Below, piece by piece: positions 10,696-24,700 of a stretch of DNA of 64,000 bases. Numbering within the stretch: position 1 is the first letter of the stretch; each line of letters begins with the position of its first letter. The position numbers were made by a program, and so were the translations under genes. The notes under the pieces were generated by a model. That model was not told the origin of the DNA, searched no databases, and worked only from the letters and a program-made list of their open reading frames with translations. The stretch spans positions 9,610,001 to 9,674,000 of the forward strand of contig JBHGNT010000004.1 of assembly GCA_043228905.1 (NCBI GenBank), given 5' to 3'. Source of the DNA: Azolla caroliniana (Eukaryota > Plantae > Polypodiophyta).

Positions 10696-12387
10696 GACAG
10701 AATAAAAGAAATTTATAATTATTTCGTGAAAGAGTTACAAAATGGTTACGAGCGTCGTTGAACCTTCGATCTTTGTTTCATAAGGTAATCGCTCTTCTCT
10801 TTCTTGATAGTAAGCCACATCAATCTTCACTTCAATATTTCGATGAAGATAAGAATCTAACCGCCGCCCTTTCATTGTGAGTTGAGCACCACAAACATCA
10901 AGCTAGCTCTTCTCTTGTCATTTCTTCTTCTGTTGCTCTTTCTATCTTATGATATCTCTTATGTAATATAACTCTATTTGATTCTCTTGATATATCATCC
11001 AATATAGTTCTTCGAGTTCAATTCCTTCGATATCCCTTGTGGCCCTACTCCCTTCTCCTTTTATAGGGAAGAGATGGTTGTACATGTGGGCCATGTGGCG
11101 CACATGCAGAGAGAACTTTGCATGTGTGCTATATGGTGCACATGTAGTACATTCCATGGTTTAAACCATACAATACTACTTCAAATAAAACAACACATAT
11201 ATTTTATATGCATTACAAGTAAATGCTAAATGGTAAGGTTTAAATGTCATATTAAGGTTGGGGTTGTTGGTTCAAGTCCTCTTTTGCCCATGCAATATGC
11301 TATATGGTGTGCATGTAGTATATTACATGGTTTAGACTATAAAATAGTACTTCAAATAAAACAATGCATATAATGTAAATTATCAGTATATGCTAAATGG
11401 TAAGGTTTGAGTGTCATAAGGTGGGGTTATTGGCTCAATTCTTCTCTCATCCATGTAACATAACATATACATTATTTTATTTGCCTCTACATATAATGTT
11501 TAATATTATCATAGTGTGTTCTTAATATTATCTTTATGTATAAAATATTATCAAGATTTATTTTATTTTAGTTACGTATTTATCTTATTGTAGACTTTTA
11601 ATGTGAAGCTTTTGTACTTCACGACATCCACCCCCTCTAGACCTGCACATCCTCTGGCATGTGCCACTATCTTTCATCTTCATCTTGATCTATTGGAGGT
11701 TCACGCTCGAACCTTTTCTTAAATACTTTTATCCTTTTTCCAGCTACCACGTTTAGGATTGGTGTCTCATCCAATTCACTAAGCTTAGAAGTAAAGTTAT
11801 CATATACTTTTCTTACTAACTTTCAACGAACTTGCAGACGGTCCTATGTTGATTATCTAAACTGCTATCATACACAAGCACCCAATCCCCTTGTTCTATC
11901 TTTTTATGTCTAATTCTATGAGTTTTATCAAAACGAATTTTATTCTTCAGTTGGGCCTCCTTCAATCATTGGGCTACAAATTCTATATCTCCAGGTTGAC
12001 ACTCTAATTGTTGAATTTGCAAAGCAAACAATTCTTCTTTACTCACCTCTTCTCTCCATGGAATAGATATCCCTAATATAATTGATTCTTCTACCGGCAT
12101 GATGGGTTTTGGCCAAGTATCAATTCAACTGGCATAAATCCTATTATTGAACTATGCGTTGTTCGATCGGGCAATAGTGCGTAAGATAGCATGCATGGCC
12201 AATCTCTTATTTTAGTTTTGTAGCTTTTCACAGTTGCCTTAACTATTGGGATATGTCCTCTTTCAATCTTTCCATTGGCTTCTAGATTATACCTAGTTGT
12301 AATTGATAACTTGACCCCTGTCCAATTAAAGAATTCTTGAGCTTCATGAGAATCAAATTCTCCTCTATCTGCAATTATTTTACCAAC

Positions 12388-15300
12388 AGTAAAAACAAAT
12401 AGCGTGTGGAAGCAATAAAAAAACAGAAAACAGAGAACGGGTTTAATGGAGAGCTTAACAGTATGCGGGAGAGACAGAGAGAGAACAAGAATCTCTATTC
12501 AAAAATTATATCAACACTCTGTACATCGTATGTGTTCAGCGAACACTTTTATACAGGTCCATACGAACTGACAGAAGTATAGTGTACTTCAATGCTCACT
12601 CGAGCGTCTGACACTAACTACGAGAGTAATAACTCCCTAGTAGTCTAGCTGCTACTAGGCTTCCGGTTACTGATGGATCCGGCTAACCGGCTCCCTAGCT
12701 CACCCGCTCTTTTGCTCACCGAGTGCTCACTGGCTCACCGATCCGTCTCGCTCACCGGCTCATGCTTATCTAGCCGATCCGGCTCCAATTGAGCTTGCCG
12801 CTCAACACTCCCCCTCAAGCTCAACTTGGGGTCCGGTCGTAGTGTCAACGTCTGTGGCAACCGGTCCTTCTGCCCGACTCCTTCTGGCGTCACTCCGCCT
12901 TGCTCGCGATCCTCGTCTGGTCCGGTTCTGTTTGCCGCGAACCCTCTTGTTCTACGCACCTCGACCTCCTTGGACCTACTTGTCTGCTCAACAGGCCCAA
13001 TTGAGCTCCCTCGCTGCTGTGACTTCGGCGCGTGCCGGTTCGCCGATTCCTTCGTGTTGGCGTCGACTTTCACTGCCTTCTTGTCCTCTTGGCCTTGAAT
13101 TGATCTGGTTCTTCCGAATTTGTCTGTTGAACCGAATCGATTGTCTCCGATTCGTTCCAGCTCTTGTCTAAATCAGTTGCTCCCGATTCGTCTTCTGGTT
13201 CCAGGCCCTTCACCATATCGGACCATGTCCGGGTCTTGGCCTTCTTCTTCCGGTCGGCTCTATCCTTCTTGACTATACCGCTGCTGCCGCTTGTTCCGAC
13301 TTGTTTGGATGTGTCAACTTCCTTTGTCAACTCGGCTCCTTTCTTCTTCTTGACTCTCCCTTCGTCCGTTCTTCCCTCACCGGCGCAATCGGCAATCTCT
13401 TTGCCTTTGCTCGTTCCGGTGTCTTTCCCGAGATGTTGAACACCAAGCATTTCGGTGAAGTGTTACAACTTGTCCGATCTGAGTGGTTTCGTGAAGATGT
13501 CGGCAACTTGCCGATACGTGTGAACATACCGAAGTTCGACCTCACCGCTCAGGACACGCTCACGCACGAAGTGATAGTGCACTTCTATGTGCTTTGTGCG
13601 AGCATGGAATACAGGGTTCTTGGCGAGCTGCATGCTACTTATGTTGTCACAGTAGATCAGAATTGGGGTCGGTACCTCGATCCGTAGGTCTTGCATTAGT
13701 CGCCGAAGCCAAATGGCTTCACAGGTGGCAATGGTAACGCCCCGATACTCAGCCTCAGTGCTCGACAGAGCAACTGTTGGCTGCTTTTTGCTGCTCCACG
13801 CAACAACTGCGCTACCTAGGGAAAACATGTAACCGAAGGTTGATCGGCGATCTGATGCATCACCGGCCCAGTCGGCATTTGTGTAACCGACCAGCTCTTC
13901 GGTTATACCGTGCCGGTATAACAGTCCCCGGTCCTTCGTGCCGCTAACATACTGCAGTATTCGGTGCGCGCAGTGAAGATGCTCCACAGTCGGCTTCTGC
14001 ATGAATTGGCTAATCACACCAACCTGATAGCTGATGTCGGGTCGGGTGATGGTCAAATATATAAGGCTTCTAACAATTTGTCGAAACTGTTTCTCATCGC
14101 AGGCCGGTCCAAAGTCGAGACGGAGCTTCTGGTTGCGGTCCAGGGGAGTAAAGATAGGTCGGCATTCCGTCATGCCGAACTTGTACAACATATTCAACAC
14201 ATAGTGCCTTTGTGAGAGCAATATGCCGTCGGGGGTTCGGATCACCTCGATCCCAAGAAAATAATGAAGGTCCCCCAGGTTCTTCATCTCAAACGCATCC
14301 GACAACTTGGACTTGACTCAGCTAATTTCATCGAGTCCGGGTCTGGTGATGACCAGATCATCAACGTACAACAAGATGCAAACCGGACCGTCCGAACCTT
14401 GGCGGATGAACAACGAAGAGTCGAACTTGGAGGCCGCAAACCCCATCCTACACAACCGGTGCGTGATCTTCGCATTCCAAGCTCGGGGGGCTTGCTTAAG
14501 GCCATAAAGGGACTTCTTCAGCCGGCATACCGCCGACTTGTTCATCTCCATCTGGAAACCGGGGGATTGTATCATAAAGACCTCTTCTTCAAGATCTCCT
14601 TGAAGAAATGCATTCTTCACATCCATCTGGTGAAGATGCCACCCCCTTGCCGCTGCAACCGCCAGCACCACACGAACCATCGTCATCTTCGCTACCGGAG
14701 CGAAGGTCTCATCGTAGTCGATTCCGTGGGTCTATGCGTATCCCTTCGCCACTAACCGGGCCTTGTACTAGTTAACTGAACCGTCAGCATTGTACTTTAC
14801 CTTGTACACCCACTTGCATCCGATCGGTTTACTATGAAGGGGAGGGTCAACTAGGTCCCATGTATCGTTGGCATCAAGTGCCCGCATCTCTTCTTCCATA
14901 GCGGCACGCCAATGTGTGTCCTTTCCCGCTTCTGCGTAGTTCTCTGGCTCACGCACATTCGCCACCTTGGTCATGTATGCATAGTGATGCACCATGTACT
15001 CATTGTATCCGTACCGCTTAACAGGTTCCTTCTGGCGGGTTGACCGGCGTAACCTACCGTTACCCGGTTTGATGCCCTTCTTGGACGGTTCGGTCTTTGA
15101 TGCCGAAGAACCGTCATTTTCCTTTCTGGAGTTGGATCCGCTTCGATCCGACTCATCAATACCAGTTCCATAATCCAGCATCTTCTTCTTCCCCTTCTCT
15201 TTGCTCGTGAACCGTCTCCTTGGTTCCTTGCACGGGGAGAGCACGACAAAGTCTTCACTACTCGCTGGTTCTTCTTATGACTGGTCGGATTGACCTAGTC

Positions 15301-16651
15301 TCTCCTTCGGCCCACTCAACCGAAACGATTCCGGACTCTCTTCTTGAGTCTCAGATTCATCATCTTCTAACTGGACCGGTTAAGGCTCACTAGCCTCATC
15401 CTCCGATATCAGGTCGGGGTCAGAAGTCGGAGCTGGTAAGGCATACCATGATGCGGCTAACTCGGACCTGCTTCGTCCGGGGGTTATAACACTTATACGC
15501 CTTTTGCTCATGTGAGTAGCCGACGAGGATGCACTTCTCCGATTTTGCATCCAGCTTCCTCTGCTTCTCATCCGGCACATGGACATATGCTATGTTGGTG
15601 AAAAATGACAGCGTATTCTCCCTCGTACATACTGCTGTCCGGAAAGCTCGGAACTTAGACGCTAGGCCCCCAAGACAGACCTATACCATCTTGTCTTCCC
15701 CTACAGTGACGTTGATAGAGGCAAGTGAGTCACAGATCTCTTTGATTCGGGTCGTGTAATCAGCCACCGACATGTTCTTCTATCGGACATTGCTCAACTC
15801 CTGTCGGAGTTGCAGCTTTCGGGTTGTGGTGCTTGTGGCGAACACCTTCTTCAGGTTTCCCCAAGCCTCTTTCGGCGTCCCGGCATCTCGGACCTGGCTC
15901 AGTAGCTGGTCTGCCACACTGGATGCAAAGCAGTACATCACTCTACTTGCCGATTGTTCCCACACCGGGAAGTCCTTGTGTGCCGCATCAGGTGCTGTGT
16001 TGTTAGCTCTATCGACATAGCTCTAGTAACCATGCCCAAGCAGGTACTGGTGTATCTTGTATGACCAAGATGCGTAGTTGGATCTATCGCGCTTCTCCAC
16101 CAGAAGCGAGCTAGCCATTCCTCTATCCATTGTTTTTTTTTTTCTTTTGTTCTTTACAAAGGTTAGGTTTTCTTCTTGCGAAAGCGAATGTTGGCTGTAG
16201 AGGTTCTCAACCCTTGCGCTCTGATACCATGTAAAAACAAATAGCCTGCGGAAGCAATGAAAAAATAGAAAACAGAGAACAGGTTTAATGGAGAGCTTAA
16301 CAGTACGCGGGAGCGACAAAGAGAGAGAACAAGAATCTCTATTCAAAAATTATATCAACGCTCTGTACATCGTATGTGTTCAGCGAGCACTTTTATATAG
16401 GTCCATACGGATTGACAGAAGTACGATGTACTTCAATGCTCCCTCGAGCGTCTGACACTAACTACGAGAGTAATAACTCCCTAGTAGTCTAGCTACTACT
16501 AGGCTTCCGGTTACTGATGGATCCGGCTAACCGGCTCCCCAACTCACTGGCTCTTTTGCTCACTGGGTGCTCACCGACTCACTGATCCGTCTCGCTCACC
16601 GGCTCAGGCTTATCCAGTCGATCTGGCTCCAATTGAGCTTTCCGCTCAACA
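12388..16651 (-). mobile_element. Ty1/Copia element 1, internally deleted
   Basis: LTRs at 12388-12807 and 16230-16651, TSD CCAAC, tRNA-iMet PBS at 16218-16229 and a PPT next to 12808. RT has HQMDVKNAFL and LLYVDD, and RNase H has YCDN. gag jumps to the end of integrase near 15600. Confidence 0.92.
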
Positions 16652-19600
16652 CCAACACACCTAGAACGACATATTACATCTTCTAACAAAACTTTACATA
16701 CAACTCTAGTTGTTTTTTGTCGTAGTGGTCTTCCTTCTACTTGGTTTGTAAGGTGTTCTCTTGCTAGTACAGAATATCGCATTTAACCTTCCCCAAGTGG
16801 CATTGTCACTAGCTCGACCATTCATTTATAATGCATTGATGATGAATATGTTGCTTTTAGCTCATCTCGATACCAAATAATTGAATACCTCTGGCAGACC
16901 TCACAGGTTTCCACAAATTTCGTTACATCTTTATACATATGTGGCCACCAATACTCTTCTTTCAACTTCTTAGATGTCGCCCATATGTTACTATGTCCTG
17001 CCCACAAATATCATGGAATTCAATAATTAATTTTGTCTTAATGTCATCCTTAAAAATTTCTCGAAGAGGATTTTTGGTTCGTCTTTTTAGACTCCTCCAT
17101 AAATGCCCTTCATGTAAAAAAAAACTCGAATGCCCATCTTTGAAATTCATTTAATTGGTTATTCGACCATGATGGGTTGGCTTCTTCTGTCTTTAGAAAA
17201 TTTCCTATTTCTAACCATTGACCTTCATACTCCGTTCCGTGTCTTTGAACATTATGCTTACATTAAACTCATCATGAGGCCTTAATAGATACTTGATCAA
17301 CAACTTGATGGCTTGTAGTTGCCCAATTATTATCTTCAGCTTGCATCACCGTTTCATTTATGAACCTTGCTCTTGACAGCATATCTACGATTGGGTTCTC
17401 TTTGCCCTTTATTAATGTATGCAATCCACCGAAGCATTGCAATATCTAGTGTCGTGCAACTTGCTATCATTCTAATGTTTCAACCACTACATCTGCTCCG
17501 ATCAAGTAATCTCTATCTGTTTCTAATGCATCAAGCAAGCCCCACAATTCTTGTTTCACTTGTGCATAATTTCTTTGTCTTTCATTTAATATCTTAGGTC
17601 CAAACCATATAGCATATCGATGTTGGTATTCATCTTCTTGGTTGATAACCCAACCGATCCCAATTGGGCTAGTATCAACTGGAGCTTTTTATAATGCTTC
17701 TTTCGATTGTTGAACAATGTGTGTATGTTCATTAGTCCAAATAAACTTCCTCCCTTTTCTTAAAAGTTGGTAGAGAGGATCTGATACATATGCAAAGTGT
17801 CGTAACCAAATATGATAAAACACACATGCACCTAAAAATCTTCTCACCTCTGTTACCGATTCACAAACCTCCTTCATATTTTGTATTGCGTTAATTTTGA
17901 TCGGTGAAGGCTTCCTGCCATACCAGCCACACATATGACCAACTATCAGAACTTCGTTCTTCACAAAGCTTGACTTTGTTCCTAATAGTGTCAAATGTAC
18001 CTGCTCAAGCTTATTTAAAATACTTTCACAATCATTAATGTGATACATCACAAACTTTCTACAACCATTTCCAACCATAGTCTCATCTTTCTCTCTTTCT
18101 AAGCATCCCTTAAAAGGAATATCGTCTACAAATGGCATAGTTACCTTTGGGATTGTAAAGAATCGGATATGATTCTTGTGAAGTGGAAGAGATATGAGTT
18201 ATGTGTGTGTATGAGAGAGAGAGACAAGGAATAAGACACAGAGAATACGCAAGGTAAAAGTATATTAACAAAGGAGAAGACTGAACCTCATACAAGGTGG
18301 GAGGAGGGTGCTTTATATAGTCACCCTCTCTAACTATAAGACTCATGGAGCATGGGGAATGTGAAAGTTGATAAGTTATGTGTCATAGAATATGATTCTA
18401 TGACTCGTACTAAATGCTAGAATACAAAGTGGTGACTTAATGGTGACTCTTGACCGTTGGAGTGTCTATTCACTCTCAAGGTGAGTTCACACACTAAACC
18501 AAGTTGAGCTTGATTCTCAACACGCCCCCTCAAGCTCAAGTCGGGTCGGTTTTAGACGGTATCCGAAATCCGCTTCAACTCGCGTTCTGGAGTCCGCGTC
18601 GACTCGCATTTATGCGGAGCTGCGGAATCCGTGCTCCACCTTGCGTTGTGCATAGTTGTGAAGGTTGTGCTTCAGCTTGCGTCTCTCTTCACGGCTTTGC
18701 GTGGTAGATCGACTCTTCGCGGCTTCGTTGCGTGGTTGCGTAATCCACGCGTTATTGTGTAATATCTTCAATACTCCCCCTCAAGATTGGCAGGTCAGGG
18801 ATCGTCAATCTGAGATCGGTCATGAATTGCCACAACTTGTCGGCTCCTAAGGCTTTAGTGAAGATTTCGGCCGTTTGAAGATTTGTGCTAATGTGTTGTA
18901 GGTCGACATCGCCAGCAAGAACGCGCTCTCGGAAGAAGTGATAGTGCACTTCGATGTGCTTTGTCCGCACGTGGAACACCGGGTTCCGAGCCAGATAGAT
19001 ACTGCTCATGTTGTCACAGTAAAGGGAGGTCGGATCCTTGATGGGTATGCACAGATCCTTCAAAATCCTCTTGAGCCATACGGCTTCACACGCAGCTACA
19101 GTTGTGCCCCTGTATTCTGCCTCCGTACTGGAAAGAGGGACAATCGGCTGCTTTTTGCTACTCCAGGATATTGCTCCGATGCCGAGGGAGGAAACAAATC
19201 CGGAGGTTGACCTTCTATCGCCTTTGTAGCCCGCCCAATCGGCGTCTGTGTACCCCTTGAGTTGTATTGGCATTGCGGTCTTGTAGAGGATGCCGTAATC
19301 CATTGTGCCGCTCACGTATCGTAGAACTCGCTTAGCGCAATCCAAGTGAGCATCACGCGGTGTTTGCATGAATTGGCTAAGGAGACCGACCGGATAACTG
19401 AGATTGGGTCGAGTGATCGTGAGGTAGATGAGATTCCCGATGAGTTGCCGATACTGAGTCGACTCACACACTTTAGTGCCGGAGTTCGCATCTAGTTTGA
19501 GATTGCGATCGAGCGGGGTTGCCGTGGATTTGCACTCAGCCATACCGAACTTGTATAACAAGTTGAGGATGTAGTGTCATTGAGAGATCAGGATTCCGGC

Positions 19601-21287
19601 CGGAGTCCGAATTACCTCGATGTTGAGGAAGTAGTGGAGCTCCTTCATGTCCATCATCTCAAATTTGTCGGAAAGGAGGGATTTGACCTTATTGATTTCG
19701 ACGAGATGCTCACCTCCAATGACTAGGTCATCCATATATATGATGATGACAATTGGACTTGTTGAATCGGTTCGTATGTAAAGGGAGTTGTCTGATTTTG
19801 ACATACGGAAGTCGATTTGATGAAGATATTGCGTTATCTTCGAATGCCAAGCACGCGGTGCTTGCTTGAGGCCGTAGAGTGGCTTCTTGAGTCGGCATAT
19901 AGCTTTTGGATGGGTGCTCGAGTTGAAGCCAGGTGGTTGTGTCATGTACACCTCCTCTTCTAATTCACCTTGTAGAAAGGCGTTCTTCATGTCCATTTGA
20001 TGGAGGTGCCACCCTCTCGCCGCGGCAAGCACAATTATGGTCCGAAGAGGTCTACGAGGATACATTTCTCCGACTTCGGGTCAAGCTTTTGATGCTTCTC
20101 GTCGGGAATGTGCACGTATGCTATTGCGCCAAAATATCTGGGTGTGTGATAAGTCCGGCTTCTTTCCGAAGTATTTTTCGCCAGATGTTGTGCACCGGTT
20201 CATTAGGTAGACGACCGTATTTGCAGCTTCGGCCCAATATGACTTGGGCATATGCTTCTCGTTCATCATGGCCCGTGCTACTTCGAGGATGTGCCGATTT
20301 TTGCGCTCGGCTACTCCGTTTTGTTGCGGAGTGTGTCGGCAAGTGAATTCTCGCCGAATTCCTTCCTTTCGGAGATACGCCGTGAAATCGTCTAAGAAGT
20401 ACTCCTTGCCGCCATCCGATCGAAGGCATCGTAATGTCGGCCCGTGGCTTTCTCGACTTCATTCTTGAAATTTTAGAAGTGTCCGAACACTTCGCTCTTT
20501 TGCCGCCTCGGGTAGATCCAAGTGTGCCTAGAAAAGTCGTCGATGAAGAGCACGTAATATCGGCATCCGCCGAATGTAGCCGTCTGCGCCGGTGTCGTGA
20601 CGTGGCTCGCCTAGAAGCGTAGCGTTGCGTAGACAAAAGATATCGTGAAAGTGAGGAAGGAATCACTGGGATTATGGACGGAAGAGATGAAAGAGTAGAG
20701 ATAGATAAATAGTGATCAACAAGATATGACAAGATAGGATATAGAATGATATTTGAAGCAATAAAAGAGATTTATAATTATTTGATAAAAGAGTTACAAA
20801 ATGATTGTGCACATCATTGAACCTCCGAACTTTGTCTTGCAAGGTAATCGCTCTTGTCTTTCTTGATCGTAGACCATTACAATCTTCACTTCAATATTTT
20901 GATGAAGATAAGGCTCGAACCGCCTCCCTCTTGTTGAGAGTTGACCACCACGACCGCCAAGCTAGAGCTCCACGTTTATGTTAAACTTCTTCCCTTCTTT
21001 CTCTATTTTTATGGTATCTCTTATGAAATATATAATTTGATTGATATCTCATACATATCTCCCTTTGATCTTCTCTTTCACCATTTAAATAGGTGCCCCC
21101 ATGCATATGATGCATTGGAGGGTACAAGTCATGCATGTAGTGCATGAAATGCATGTGATGCATGATCGCCATTTGGCGTTCATGCATTACATGTGATGCA
21201 TGATAAACATCTCGCTCATTTGAGCTTTTATGTATGAAACAATATATGCAATAACAATAAACATGAAAATATAATCTTAAAGAGAAA

Positions 21288-21348
21288 GGGCCTAGCCTAA
21301 TGGTAGGTGTGTCGACTTTGGTATATGAGGTTGTGGGTTCAAATCTCA
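21288..21348 (+). promoter_or_regulatory. tRNA-like A-box/B-box cassette in the Gypsy B LTR (copy at 28100-28160)
   Basis: TAGCCTAATGGTA ... GGTTCAAATC with tRNA-like spacing and no clear acceptor stem. Confidence 0.55.
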
Positions 21349-21717
21349 AAATACTATTGAATACAACATACAACTTTATTCTTATATCATGAAGCAAATC
21401 CATTATGTAATATAAAGTATATATAAAGTATGCTTTATTTTATGTATATTACTAGTATAGAGTAAATGGTAAGATTTGAGAGTCATAGGGTGGGGTTATT
21501 GGTTCAAGTCCTCTCTTATTCGTGTAATATAATATATTTATCTATATATATATATATTATTTTTCTTTACATATATATAATATTATCATATGTGTTGTTA
21601 ATATTATCAAATGTTATTTTAGTTACGTATTTATCTTATTGTAGACTTTTAATGTGAAGCTTTCGTACTTCACGACATCCACCCCCTCTAGACCTGCACA
21701 TCCTCCGGCATGTGCCA

Positions 21718-24700
21718 CTATCTTTCATCTTCATGTTGATCTATCGGAGGAGGTTCAAGCTCAAACCTTTTCTTAAATACTTTTATCCTCTTTCCAGCTA
21801 CCACGTTTAGGATTAGTGTCCCATCCAATTCACTAAGCTTATAAGTAAAGTTATCATATACTTTTCTTACTATATAAGGCCCAAACCATCTTTCAGCGAA
21901 CTTGCGGACGGTGCTATGTTGATTATCTAAACTGCTATCGTACACGAGCACCCAATCTCCTTCTTCTATTTTCTTAGGTCGAATTCTATGACTTTTATCA
22001 AAACGGATTTTATTCTTTAGTCGAGCCTCCTTCAATCGTTGGGCTGCTATTTCTATATCTTCAGGTCGACGCTCTAATTGTTGAATTCGCAAAGCAAGTA
22101 ATTCTTCTCTGCTCACCTCTTCTCTCCATGGAATAGATATCCATGACATAATTGATTCTTCTATCGGCATGATGGGCTTTTGGCCAAGTATCAATTCAGC
22201 TGGCATGTATCCTGTTACTGAACTATGAGTTGTTCGATCCGCCCATAGTGCATAAGGTAGCATGCGTGGCCAATCTCTTATTTTACCTTTACAGCTTTTC
22301 ACTATCGCCTTAACTATTGGGCTATGTCCTCTTTCAATCTTTCCATTGGCTTCTGGATTATACGCAGTTGTAAGTGATAATTTGACCCCTATTCGGTTGA
22401 AGAATTCTCTAGCTTCATCAGAGTCGAGTTCTCCTCTATCTGCAATTATTTTACCAACACACCCGTAACGACATATTACATCTTCTAACAAAAATTTACA
22501 TACAGCTCTAGTTGTTTTTTGTCGTAGTGGTCTTCCTTCTACTTGGTTTGTAAGGTCTTCTCTTGCTAGTACTAAATATCGCATTTGACCTTCCCCAAGT
22601 GGCATTGTCACTAGATCGACCATCCATTTATAATGCATTGATGATGAATATGTTGGTTTTAGCTCATCTCGATACCGGATAGTTGAATACCTCTGGCAAA
22701 CCTCACAGGTTTCCACAAATTTCGTTACTTCTTTATACATATGTGGCCACCAATACTTTTCTTTCAACTTCATAAATGTCGCCCATATGCCTCTATGTCC
22801 TGCCCACAAACTATCATGGAATTCATTAATTAATTTTCTCTTAATGTCATCCTTACAAATGACTCGAAGAGGATTTTCGGTTGGCCTTTTTGGACGCCTC
22901 CATAAATGCCCTTCATGTAAAAAAAACTTGAATGCTCGTCTTCGAAATTCATTTAATTGTTTCTTCGACCATGATGGGTTGGCTTCTTGAGTCTTTAGAA
23001 AATTTCCTATTTCGAACCATTGACCTTCATACTCTGTGTCTTTGAACATTATACTTACATTAAACTCATCATGAGGCGTAATAGATTCTTGATGAGCAAA
23101 TTGATGGCTTGTAGTTGCCCAGTTCTTATATTCAGTTTGCATCACCTTTTCATTTATGAACCTTGCCCTTGACAGCATATCTGCAACTGGGTTGTCATTT
23201 CCCTTTATATGCTGCAATTCTGGGTTCATGGTTCTGATGTATGCAATCCACCGAAGCATTGCAATATCTGGTGTCGTGCAACTTGCTATCATTCCAATGA
23301 GTGGCAAACAATCTGTTTCAACCACTACATCTGCTCCGATCAAGTAATCTCTATCTGTTTTTAATGCAGTAAGCAAACCCCACAATTCTCGTTTAACTTG
23401 TGCATAGTTTCTTTGTCTTTCATTTAATATCTTTGCTCCAAATCTAATAGCATATCGATGTTGGTCTTCATCTTCTTGGTTGATAACCCAACCGATCCCG
23501 ATTGGGCTAGTATCAACTGTTACTATAATTGGTCTTTCACCTTTGTAGTCTGGTTGACGAAGAACTGGTGCTTTCAGTAATGCTTCTTTCAGCTGTTGAA
23601 CAACTTGTGTATGTTCATCAGTCCAAATAAACTTCTTTCCTTTTCTTAAAAGTTGGTAGAGAGGATCTGAGACATGTGCAAAGTGTGGTAACCAAATATG
23701 ATAAAACACACATGCACCCAAAAATCTTCTCACCTCTGTTACCGAGTCGCAAACTTCCTTCATATTTTGTATTGCATTAATTTTGATCGGTGAAGGCTTC
23801 CTCCCATACCACCCACACATATGACCAACTATTAGAACTTCGTTTTGCCCAAAGCAAGACTTTGTTCCTGATAGTGTCAAATGTACCTGCTCAAGCTTAT
23901 TTAAAATACTTTCACAGTCATTAATGTGATCCATCACAAACTTTCTGCAACCATTTCCAACCATAGTCTCATCTTTCTCTCTTTCTAAGCATCCCTTAAT
24001 AGGAATATCATCTAAAAATGGCATAGTTACCTTTGGGATGTACTCATGTAGAACCTTGTTCATTGCATTCATCATATGAGCAACTGAATTTGTCGCACCT
24101 TGAGGTAGAGTGCACATTCGAACCAACCCAATTGGTGTTTTCATTGTTGTGATATTGCGACTATCAATTGCTAGTTGAAATTGGTCGTATCCTGAATATA
24201 GGTCTCCCACAGAGTAAATCGCTCTTCCAGCAAACGCTTCCGCAAATTCATCAACGATCGGTCCGATTCCCGCATTTCGGATTGTGACCTTGTTGACTGG
24301 TTGTAGATCTTGAATGAATCTTAGAGAACCATCTTTCTTTGGAACTGTGAACCATCTATTGGAGTATGGTGCATTTGAAGGCTCTAAAATCTTCATCTTG
24401 ACTTTATCCTTCAGCAGCTCCAACAATTGAGGTAATCGAGCTCTCGGTACTGCAATAGGTTTAAAATTCCAAGGAATATGAGGGATAGTAAATATTACCA
24501 TTGGCGTCACCACCTTTGGATTTACACAACCAATCTCCTCAGCTTTGAATGCGAACACTTTCCCATGCCTAAAGATCATTTCTTTGAAAGTCGCGATCTC
24601 TGATTGCAGAAGAAATTCACCCCTTCCGATTCTCAAGTTATTTATTGTCTCCGAAGTGAAGTGATGTCCGATCTTCTCTATTGGTCGAAGCATAGGCTCG

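Larger units (their letters stand above)
1195..11626 (-). repeat. 3' LTR of Gypsy A, split by the DNA transposon
   Basis: 1195-1361 joined to 10700-11626 matches the LTR at 35454+ and the ends of the LTR at 20593-21677. Confidence 0.9.

Noticed and set aside
20941-21657. Short ORFs in the Gypsy B LTRs (including the His/Met-rich 140-aa ORF, duplicated at 27793)
   Set aside because: They are by-products of CATG-rich and AT-rich LTR sequence and are duplicated only because the LTR is.
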